Origin: Takakia lepidozioides
Taxonomy: Eukaryota > Plantae > Bryophyta
DNA length: 64,000 nucleotides
NCBI GenBank assembly: GCA_030704615.1
Contig: CM060734.1
Coordinates: forward strand, 23,188,001 to 23,252,000
Reading direction: 5' to 3'
In this document: one piece after another, positions 11,751-21,733 of the stretch
How the letters are laid out: each line of letters begins with the position of its first letter
Position numbering within the stretch: the first letter of the stretch is position 1
Made by a program: the position numbers and the translations under genes
Notes under the pieces: generated by a model
The model's database searches: none
What the model saw: the letters and a program-made list of their open reading frames with translations, nothing else
Told to the model about the DNA's origin: nothing

Positions 11751-13326
11751 CATTTCTTTACATAAAGAACATCACCAAAGCAGGGTTACGGACTGATATT
11801 TGGCAGCTTATACAACAGGGGGTAATCAGCTGCCCTATTTTGCACATCAAGTCACTTATTGACACCATGTTTTTTGCCCCCTGATCTGTTTTAGATCTGG
11901 GGCTGGTGTGTAATTTCAATGACAGGGTAGAGTAATATTCCGAACGTCCTGAACTCCTTATTTGTATAGGTAAGAGGTGTGCCAATGACTTGGGAACAGT
12001 GCAAGTATTATTCCATGCCCCAAGACCAAGTTCTATGTCTGGGGTAGGGAAATCATTACCATAACAAGAGATAGTCGCCCTAATGATTGTCATAAAGTAA
12101 CAATCGGGAAATCTTATATCAAACTTTTAGTGTTTACCCACCCCTTGTTTTGGGTAAAACATGTGTACAAAACCAAAGGGGGCAGGTATTGGGACTTAGG
12201 TAATGAAGTCTGGCAGGGGTTTACCACCTGGTTATATTCAGACAAAACATCTACCAGCAGCATATCATAATTGGGTATTTTTTATGGTGCTATAAAGAGC
12301 AAAGCCATAACCAGGAGAAACATAGAAACATTTGAGCCAAAGAAATGGAACTCATTCTTATCATAAGGTATCTAAATCTGACATAAGGCATCGGCTACGG
12401 GGGACCGGCAAACAAGAGTAATGTGCATTGACCGGATCATGTATTAGGTGTACACGTCTACTCCAGCAAGCTGTCTTACCGAGGCCTAGCTCAAAACTTC
12501 AGCATTCATAAGCCCTATAGATGTTCTATGCTTATCTTAGGTACCTTCAAGGATGCCTTGCTCTCCATGCCCAATTAGCCAACATATTTTTGCTGGAGAA
12601 GATCTTACCTTATGAAGGACTTGCTTGCTCCACACCGTGGTCATGGCGGGAGAGGAGGCTGATATCTCATGGCTTTGGCCTTCCCATTGCCTTGGGTTCA
12701 TCACTTCAATCAGGAACATATTTGATAACCTTTTGTCATGCTCAGACCAAGGTGTTAGTAAATCAAACATAAAACTGAAAAACAGAAGGGAGATTGGTTG
12801 ATAATGTGTACAAGAACCACCAAGTACACTGGTCTAAATCAGAGAGGGAAGATACTTATGTCTCGTCGAGACATGGACAAAGACCTGACAAGGTCATTGT
12901 AAAATTAACGACAAATCGGCCTCATTATCAACCATTCTTCATTCACAAGTCAGCTTTATGACAAATCCCAGACTTCAAAGTCAACGAAGTCTCTGGGTGG
13001 GGGGGGTGGGAAAAATTAGAGACTCGATTACCACTGTTCATAGCAGGAAACCGTTGTTCAGCATGCTAAAAAGTGCCATTCATGACATGCCATGTCATTC
13101 AGTCTGTATTTTTTGGTCAGCTTACATACCAAGGCATAACCAACCATCCTAATTTATCGTTGGCCCAAAAACTAGTATAGTTTTGGGTTCTTTGTATCAC
13201 GGGACATACCAAAGCGACTGAGCAGTAAGTATCCATGTCCAAATAAAGATCCATTGATCACTGTTCATGGCTGGAAATGTCTGTTTGTCTTAAAGAAGCC
13301 ATTTATGATCATAGAAGGCTTAAGAA
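11751..13326. other. Unidentified AT-richer insert inside E1
   Basis: Absent from the colinear E2 copy; no long ORF; composition differs from the element. Confidence 0.6.
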
Positions 13327-13909
13327 TTCTTCTGCATGGGTGCCCGTCGTAGCTGGGAAAATCGGAATCAAGGATGCGCAGGAGCCATGGACTCCTCAAA
13401 CCAAGATCGTCACCCCGCTCGAAGGCGTACTGGCCTGGGAGATACTCAAAAGCGGACAATGTTTCCACATTTGAACCAGTATCTTCTGTGTAATCTGTGT
13501 ACCAGATAACGATGTCTCCCGATGTGGCCGAATACATTGCATAATCGATGCCTCCATAAGGGCAGTCGTCCCGGTTCCGGAAGCACGGCATCCTTGCAAA
13601 GGAGGACCTGAGGACGTCTTTGATGCCGATGACAATGACCTTGCAGACAGCAACGAAGCCCTTAGATTTTGGAAATGATGCGAAGCGGAAGAGCAGTCCG
13701 GGCTCAAATAATGGAGCATCTGCGTCCCACGCACCCACCGACGGAGGTGTAACGTGTTCATGACGCCCATACCTCTTTCTCATCCACGGGGTATAGGTTG
13801 AGATATGCCACCGAAGTCCATCCCCGGATGGAAATTCGGCGCCGCATTTACATTTAAGGGGGGATGGACTTTGTCGTGTCGAGTGGCTATCGGCCCACCT
13901 GGCAGTCAT
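13327..13909 (-). pseudogene. Orphan cargo protein paralogue A, N-terminal part (inverted segment)
   Basis: RMPCFRNRDDCPYGGIDY..SGDIVIWYTD..FERGDDLGLRSPWLLRILDSDFP; reverse complement of 40236-40834. Confidence 0.7.
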
Positions 13910-14113
13910 TGCCCATAGTTTGCATGGCAGGGTAGGAAACTGAAACGGCTACATTCATAGAGCAGCCAATCTTCATCCGTCCAGGATCCTGTAGGGGGGA
14001 AATTTAAATGTGCCCTGGAGTGTTTGTGAGGAATTGTTGCGTTAGCTTGAACTTTTTCCAACCACCGCGCTGCTGTCATTGAGCGTACTCCAGTACTCCG
14101 GTACTTTTCAAGG

Positions 14114-14692
14114 ATGCCGTGCCACCGAACTCCAGCCGACTGCCCTTATCATGGCCACGATTATGCTAAATTCAAACCAGAATCAGGAGACATCATTGTC
14201 TGGCTCTCTGTTTTCACAGACGCTGCTGGAATCAAGCAAGAGTCTTTGCGCGCAATGGAGTATCTGGAGGGCTATTACCGCTTTGAGCGAGGTGAGGGCG
14301 AGGGTCAATGCGGTCCGTGGGTCCTGAAAATTGTTGACCTCGATATACCAAGCTGGAAAGGGATGCCGGACAGATCACGCACGGCCTCGCTTTGGCGCTA
14401 GAACTGCTGCCAGTGGACCAGGGAGGACGGCACTGGGGAAAACTATATACGTGCAGATCACTCCGCTCTTCCAGTGTATGGAGACATTCGGCTGAGTTGC
14501 AAAGACGAATCGCACGGGCACATGAGGCCCACAGTGACCTTGTCAATGTATGATGGTGGTATCATTGATGGACATGACATTGTCGTCGGCTCCAGCAAGG
14601 GCAGCAGAACGACCGAATTGCAGTTTACCTCGAGGTGCCGCAGCAGTAATGAGCTTGTTTTGAGGGGTATCGAAGTTCCGTCGACTTGGTGA
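14114..14692 (+). pseudogene. Orphan cargo protein paralogue B
   Basis: MPC..DCPY..DY..SGDIIVW..EYL..FERG..PWVLKIVD..YGDIR..YDGGIIDGHDIVV..FT..ELVL..EVP; stop at 14399-14401. Confidence 0.7.
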
Positions 14693-14939
14693 AGCCCATG
14701 TAGAAGGAGGAAGGGCTTAGTTTTGTCTGCAGTTGGTAAATGTGAGACATCGTGTCCGATCAATAAACCCATCGTACCTCACTTCTGTGTGATTGTGTTT
14801 CATTCTGTTGAATAACTGTCGGAATTGGCCCACTGTTTACAATTTGATGTCTCATTTCTACAATTTGTCTGTCCGGATGAATATACCAGAGTAACCGGTA
14901 TGAGAGTCATGTGTCAAGAATATACCAGACTAACGCCAT

Positions 14940-15670
14940 GTCGGACATTGAAATGCGGCACCGCATTTCCATGTCGACATCGAAATGCGGTGCCGCATTT
15001 CAATGCCGACATGGAAATGTATGAACCGCATTTCAGTGTCGGACAATGGAATGCGGTGCATCATTTCCGTCCAGGTACACAAAATACCAACACGGGCCTA
15101 TAAATTGGACAGACAACGAGGTTGGCATTGCAAATGCGGCGACGCATTTCCAGCTTGGCAATGGAAACTTCTTTTTGGACAAGGGAATGCGGTGCCGCAT
15201 TTCCATCCAACACTTCGAAAAGTGTGACATTTCCGACCAGCGCGATGGAATGCGTTACCGCATTTCCGTGAGAGGGTCTGCAAATGGACAAATTGCGATG
15301 TCCGTTCTGGAAATGCGGCGCCGCATTTCCATGTCCGTCATCGACTTTTTTTTGACAGTGGAATGCGGTGCCAATTTTTGCTGATGGGCCTGCAGTTCGA
15401 ACAACGACCATCCCCAATATGGAAATGCGGCACCGCATTTCCAATTCCGCCATCTCGACCTCCTTGTTCGACCTCCTTGTTCGACCTCTGTAAGCGTGGT
15501 GGCATCAATGCAATGAGCAGGAGAGGCCAAAACTGGCGTGTGGACAAAGGAAATTTTGGAAATGCGGCACTGCATTTCCAATCGGCCGAGTACTTTTTAC
15601 TATGCCAACATTGAAATGGAAAATTTAGTCCCTCCACTATTTTGGAAATGCGGTGCCGCATTTCCAAAAG
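14940..15670. repeat. Second cluster of GAAATGCGG-NN-CCGCATTTC palindromes (E1, inverted relative to E2)
   Basis: Roughly a dozen copies; reverse complement of 39195-39945. Confidence 0.9.
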
Positions 15671-15689
15671 AGGTTTTTAGAGTTGCCAA

Positions 15690-17407
15690 AGAAAGGAAAG
15701 ACGTGTACCTGCTGGGCCAAAGTCGGCAAAGGAATCTGCTGCTCTGGAAGAATCCAGAAAGGCAGCTGAGATGGCACAAAAGACGGTGGATGCAGCTGTG
15801 CAGGCCCAACAGAAGGGGTCGAAGAAGAGGACTCGCCAGCAAGGAGCAGCTGTTGTGACACCCACCAAAACGAAGAAGCAGAAACAGCCTGTTCAGGAAG
15901 AGGGTGAGGAAGAGGACTCCGATGGAGACTTTGCAACCAGCCCACCCCACCAAACGCAGGCTGCCTCCCCTGTGCCCACCGTTGTCACGAGAGACACGAG
16001 AACTGGCTCGGCAAAGAAGGCACTCTTCAACCCCCCAGGGGGGCACCCTTTTCGAGCCGGTGGAAATGAAGAGGCCGAAAGTGGCTCCCGAAACAGTAGT
16101 CCAGTGTGTAAATGAGAGTTTCTTGGCGGCTTTGGATGGACGGGCAGCCAAGTTGGCATACATGAAGACCATGGAGGGTCTGAAGGGCAGAGCACTGAAG
16201 AAGGCGACTGCCGAAGAGCCTTCCGACACCCCAGGATTTCAGAATATGGTCTCGTTCTTTGAGAGGGTGTGTGCAGACAAGGATTGTAGGAGGGGCGGAA
16301 ATGCCACCGAGTGGTCTTGCGATATGATCATCTTGGATATTCTGGACGGAGAGCCTGTGGAAGGACTGCAAGCTTTGCCATCTTGGAACAGGTACTCAGA
16401 GGACTTTTGGAAGAAAGGATTCGGGCTTGCCCGCATGGTGTTGGACGACAGAGGCTGTGTGGTTGTCCTGGCGAGCAGAGGAAAAATCACTCAGACAGGA
16501 ATTGCGAAGTGGACCCGCAAGAGCGCCGTCCCGATTCTGAAAAAGAAGTGGACGTGCATCAACACACTGGGCCTTCGGTCGGAAGGGAAGAAGGTGATTA
16601 CGACACTGGCACTCGTCCATTCATTTGCTTGGGTGTTTTCAAATGCGGTGCCGCATTCGGTTTCTAATCGTTCCTCCCTGTGTATGCAGACGAAGCAGTT
16701 CGATGCATACTGCTTTGTGAATGAGAACTCCACCTTTGCTTTCCGGAAGGAGGGAGGAAAGGTTGACCCGAACTGCGACCCCCTCGATTACGACGTTCTG
16801 TTCAACAACGTTCCCAAGGAACTTCTCCCTCATAGCCTCACTTCAACGGAACCCCTGCGGTACTCACGGACTCGGAGCCCTGCCTTCATTCAGACAATTA
16901 TGGAGACATGCACAGACGTGGAGGACACAGTGCTCGACCTCATCTGTGGGACAGGTATGCAGAATCTTGATCTACGCTGTTTTGCAAATTCTCGTTAGGA
17001 TGTAGTTCGCAACATCTGAAGCGCCATGTTGTAATGTGTGGATGGCATTGTAACAGGTGCCTCAATGTGGGCTGGGCGGTTTTCCGACCAGCACCTCTTT
17101 GCCTACGAGGAGGATTCATCCGTGTGGGGATCCCATCTGGAAGGGCTGCAACGGAATGTTAAGGCTCCCAACAGAGCGGAAGTCTCCTCGGATTCGTCGG
17201 AGTCCGAGGAAGACACAGTGGACATTGATGCGGAGGAGAACCCGGAATACGAGTGAGTGCAAACATTGTAAGTTTGCAAAGCCTTCTGGGTCATTTTTGT
17301 CAAACGAATTTCCGGACTGTGGTTCTGATTAGTCTCGTTGATGATTGTCATGTGCAGGATTGCAGGATCTGGGTCGAAACATGTAGGGCCTACACTTCCT
17401 GCCAGGA
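15690..17407 (+). pseudogene. 3' half of ParB-methyltransferase gene: beta-class N4C/N6A DNA MTase fold (E1)
   Basis: CDMIILDILDG (motif IV position), then RSPAFIQTIMETCTDVEDTVLDLICGTG spliced (intron 16955-17056) to ASMWAGRFSDQHLFAYEED (motifs X-I-II). Catalytic motif before SAM motif indicates the beta permutation. Confidence 0.75.
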
Positions 17408-17703
17408 ACACTGCTATGCTGTTGCGGTGGAACTGCTGCCAGTGGACGTGGGTGGACTCCATCGGAGAGACTTATACTCCTGAAGGAGTGCGCTCATCTT
17501 CTCCATTGTATGGGGACATTCGCATTGGTGTGGAGGACGAAAACATGAAGCTTTCCATATACGATGGTGGTATGATTGAAGGGCAGGACATTGTGGTGAA
17601 CATCAACAGGGGCGGTACAACGGCTGCAATCGACTTTACCTGGAGAAGCCCGAAGACTCATGAGCTAGTTCTGAGAGCAATCAAAGTCCCATTGACAACG
17701 TGA
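17408..17703 (+). pseudogene. Orphan cargo protein paralogue A, C-terminal part
   Basis: TAMLLRWNCC..YGDIRIG..YDGGMIEGQDIVV..FTWRSP..VPLTT; matches 40839-41132. Confidence 0.7.
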
Positions 17704-18084
17704 CTTGTATTCAGTGGCACAGGGCTAACGATTTCTTTGCACAATCAACACAGTAGACGTGCTTCAAATTCAATTCATGTGGATCAATAAAAACCTCATT
17801 GTGCCCTCTTTTTATTCTATTCTGTGTCCATCGTTCCCAGAATGCATCATTGCTCATTCGTTTGGGATTGGGAGTGTGGGAGGATTTTGCAAGTGGCTGT
17901 TAGGCTGAAATGGGCCCCCAATTGTACAGAGCAGTACCACCCTACCATTCGCGAAACATTGCCATTCAATATATAATTCTAAAAAACATTGCCGAACCTC
18001 CTTCATCGGGAGGTCCTTCTCCCCCTATGACCGTGGCACCCTTAACCCTATTCCCGCGGACACATATTTCCGGAAAATAGTCTG

Positions 18085-18164
18085 CTCATGTTTTTTTTCA
18101 CACTTACGACTCTGCTCATGGCTCATGCCGCTCATGGCTCATGGCTCATGAAATAGCAGCCCCC
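18085..18164 (-). repeat. E1 right terminal inverted repeat
   Basis: GCTCATG tandem units ending GAAATAGCAGCCCCC. Confidence 0.85.
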
Positions 18165-19345
18165 GGATTGAGGCCCAGACCTCTCATCCTACATCTGGCC
18201 AGACATAACTCCAATTTATGCAAGTGCTCACCTTAGAGCTGTACACACTGAAATCATCCAAGAACACCTGCATGAAATCATCCAGATACTCATGAAAAGA
18301 TTCACTTATCACTCTCTGAAAGGTTGCTGGTGCATTACAAAGTCCAAAGGGCATGACTTTGTATGCATAAGCACCCCAGTCTGTGATGAAAACTATCTTT
18401 CTTTGGTCTTCTTCTGCCACTTGCACTTGATTATAACCACTGAAGCCATCCATGAATGAGTACATCTCATGGCCTGGCACAGTGTCCAATACTGCTTCTG
18501 TGAATGGCAAAGGGAAAGGATCTTTCTTCGTACAAGGATTCAGCTTCTCTCACAGTGGCTGGTTCCTCTAGCATTTCCATTTCTCCTTCTTTTTCTTCAT
18601 AGAAATGTGATGGGTAACTGCTGGTTTCCTCTTCAATTGGTGTTGCTGACACTACACCACAGCAGATACCTCTTAAACAACTTAGGCTTTCCAGCCGCAT
18701 CTCTGCAACCTGCTCCCACTCTGGGTGTGCAGCAAACAGGGTAGCTTCCTGCTCCTCATCCAGTCCTCCTCTCCAGTCATACTCTCTGATCCCTCAAGGT
18801 CTTCTCGTAGCAGGTAATCTACTAGATTTCTTTGTGGTAATTTGTATCTCGTGCATCCCATTATGCACGGTTAGTAACTGAGAATTCCAGTCATGGAATA
18901 CCCTGGCCTGTTTCAGCCACGGACGTCCCAATAATAAGGAGTAAGCCTCCATGACTTCATCCATCTTCAACACAGTTACTGTGATCATAAAGATCATCTT
19001 CTGTATCTGTATCTTAACTCCTCTTATTAATCCCAATGGCTGTACACTTCTTTGATCTGCCATTGTTACTGTAAATGGGGCTGGTTTCATGTTACTTAGA
19101 CCAAGCTTCTTCCTTAATTGGTCTATCATGATATATACTCCAGAGCCTCCATCTATCAGTACATCAGTTAGTTCTGTGCTTCCAATTCTCAATTGGATTA
19201 CTGGCATAGAATCATCAAAGTCCATGACTGTTTCTCGCCCTTCCGGCTTCATATTATAACTGGTCAACTTGCTGTTCAGGTCTGTGTTTCCTGTCTCCTG
19301 GGCAATTCGATTGATTGCTTGATACAGCCTGTGTCTACAATAAGG
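18165..19345 (-). pseudogene. Ty3/Gypsy pol 5' part of G1 (aspartic protease, RT), internally deleted
   Basis: VLIDGGSG..LLGRPWL (protease); FMDGFSGYNQ..MPFGLCNAPATFQ..FLDD (RT). Confidence 0.92.
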
Positions 19346-19349
19346 TGCC

Positions 19350-19753
19350 ACAGCGACATTTAGCACGCTGATGAACAGCCTTTTTCAGGAGTGGTTGGAT
19401 GACTTTGTGATCGTGTACATCGACGACATCTTGGTGTACTCGAAAACAAAGGAGGAGCACCTGGAGCACCTCAAAAGGGTGTTTCAAAAATTGCGAGAAG
19501 GGAAGCTGTATGCCAAAGCTTCAAAGTGCGAATTCGGGGTCACGAAAGTGGAGTTCTTGGGGCATGTGATTACACAGGATGGGATCAAAATGGATGACAG
19601 AAAGGTGAGGGCGATCTTGGACTGGGAGCCTCCGACTTCGGTCCCGGGAGTGCGTTCCTTCCTAGGACTCGCCTCCTATTACCGGAAGTATGTGAGAAAT
19701 TTCGCCAAGATCGCGGATCGCTGTCGGACCTTCTGTGTAAATCTAAAGTCTGG
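19350..19753 (+). pseudogene. Isolated chromovirus RT fragment
   Basis: YIDD motif; near-identical to 23925-24320 and to the reverse complement of 30970-31370. Confidence 0.88.
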
Positions 19754-19867
19754 GCAGCCAGCCACACCTGTACCAGTGCATTACGCAGGTGTGTAATGCA
19801 CAGTTGCACACCTGCGATATTTCTTTATCTTTACCTCCAAGATCTTTTCTCACATGAAGCTACTAGC

Positions 19868-19942
19868 AAAGAGAGAGAGAAGACTCCGGCCAAAGCCGGC
19901 GTAACTAAGAGCCACTTCGCCTTACGGCTACTGCCCCCTTTC
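19868..19942 (-). mobile_element. Short retroposon-like 3' end with (TC)n tail, copy 1
   Basis: Reverse complement matches the insertion at 60295-60371. Confidence 0.55.
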
Positions 19943-20954
19943 AAGGAGAAAGCATAGAGGAAGGATGAAAAGATAAGGAAATCATCCCATTTCTTTACGC
20001 AGGGTAATGCCCCTCGTGTGGGGCATTCCTGGATTTTCGGGATTTTCAGGCCTTCCCCTCGGGCTACCGCCCTCGGCGTCAGGCCCTTAAATCCAGGAAT
20101 GCCCTCCACTCGGGCTCCACTCAGGGCATTACCCTATACATAACCTTCAGAGAGCAGCAGCACAATCAAGACCAATGACACCAAACATCTACCCAAGACA
20201 GGGTCAACAGGGAGCTTTAAGAGCCTCAAAGTCTAAATGAGCCTGAATCTTGGAGCTTCTAAGCTTGTCGTGACGCCAATTGATTTTCTTAAAAAGAGAA
20301 AGAAAAAAAAAATGGACCTTGTTTTTTTTCCAAAAAGCCTTCGCCATTTAGTTTATTAGAGGGGAAACTTGTTTTTCTTAAAAATGAACAAAAAATATAG
20401 AAAATAAAAATAAGGGCTTAAATTACAATTGCGTGTTTAATTAAACTTACAGTTGAAAATTGGTCTGGGGGACCAAATCTTACTTATTTTGGATGCGTGC
20501 CAAATATAGGTAATAAATATATTGCATTAGTTTTTTTTTTTTTTTGCAAAACAGGGGACTTGGCTCTGGAAGCTTTATTCCTATTTATTTTTGGTGGGGA
20601 AAAAAGTAAAACCCCTAAAAGTACCATGAAGGCATACACACCGTAGACAGTGAAGCACGAACCGACCTCCTATTGGAGAACTCCAAAAAATTAGGGCTTT
20701 ATGCCTAATGTAGTGCTGAGTGTTGGGGAGAGCATCTCACCCAAGGTGCTTTTGTAAGCAGGAGTCCAAGAGCATGAGTAGGTTTTGCTAGTAGAGGTAG
20801 AGTCCTAGTGAAGAACTTGATGATGACTACTACTCTACTGCTATCGATCTACTCTTGGAATGTCAACGGAACTTGAGGCTCGCAGCTGACTTGATGTGGC
20901 ACCAGTTAATGTCCCTGTCAAATTCGGGGGAGAGAGTGGATGGGCCTCCTAAGC

Positions 20955-21678
20955 TGTCGCGGCCCTTTGCCTTGAGGGCAGGGGGTCGGGACACATGAGG
21001 GGCTGCCCCTGTGGTGGGGGCAGCAGCAGCGATAGGTATGGGGGGGGGCCGAAGCACCCTTGAGTGCCCAAGGCACTCAAGGAGGCAGAGGCGCTCACTA
21101 GGTGGAGCCCCGCACACCGGGTTGCGGTGGGGTGGCTCCACAAGGGGTGGTGGTAGCTTAGCGGGACTTAGTGGGGGTGGCATAGGACTCACCATGGGGG
21201 CGGAGACCTCGTGGTGGGAGTCGTGGGGAGTCTTGGGACTCATCACGGTCCATAGGGGCCGTGGTGAGTGGGCAAGACTCACCGCGACTCATCACCGGGA
21301 GTCGAGGGTTTTCGTGGTGGTTCGCCATAAAATGGCATGGCTGGTTGTGAAACCCCGCGGACAGCTACAGAAGTATATATAGGGAGTAGTAACCCCGAGA
21401 ACGGTGCAAACCCGTTGGTGACCAAAAACTAGTGAGTAAGCGAGCGAGCCGGAAAGCGACCAAAGAGTGGGGAGCTGTTCCGGACTGCCAACTACCAAAG
21501 GAATTCCCGCTGGTTCCAAATCGGTGGAGGTTCTTTGGGAGAACAAAGGGGGACCGTTATGCCTCGGTGAGCAGCCGAAGCTCCAAGTTGGCCCAGGCGG
21601 CCAGGTTGGGAGTCAGGCGCGCATCAAAGCGAGTAACTATGACTTGAGGGGGAGATTACCGAAGTGAGGTGCGCGACA
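20955..21678 (+). repeat. 5' LTR of chromovirus A
   Basis: TGTCGCG...CGCGACA; direct repeat of 27142-27862. Confidence 0.93.
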
Positions 21679-21680
21679 CT

Positions 21681-21692
21681 TGGTATCAGAGC
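21681..21692 (+). promoter_or_regulatory. Primer binding site (tRNA-iMet)
   Basis: TGGTATCAGAGC 2 nt after the LTR. Confidence 0.93.
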
Positions 21693-21733
21693 CTAGAGTT
21701 CAGTACGCGATCGTCCTTGGGATTGGCCTCATC

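Larger units (their letters stand above)
1891..18164 (-). mobile_element. Mutator-like DNA transposon E1 (~16.3 kb), both ends present, internally rearranged
   Basis: Ends GAGGTTTACTATTTCATGAG... and ...CTCATGAAATAGCAGCCCCC are imperfect inverted repeats. Flanks GGATTCAGG (1882-1890) and GGATTGAGG (18165-18173) form a 9-bp TSD with 1 mismatch. Removing the element restores the Gypsy RT frame (RGLGLNP-EKCTFCVNSGVLLGH). Contains a MULE-type DDE transposase. Confidence 0.9.

Noticed and set aside
13195-13260. Helitron/Pif1 helicase motif (FGHGYLLLSR) on the minus strand
   Set aside because: Short, poor match with no supporting helicase motifs nearby.
8764-17407. Bacterial contamination or prophage as the source of the ParB-methylase
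   Set aside because: The gene has GT-AG introns, lies between MULE TIRs and is embedded in plant-type retrotransposons.
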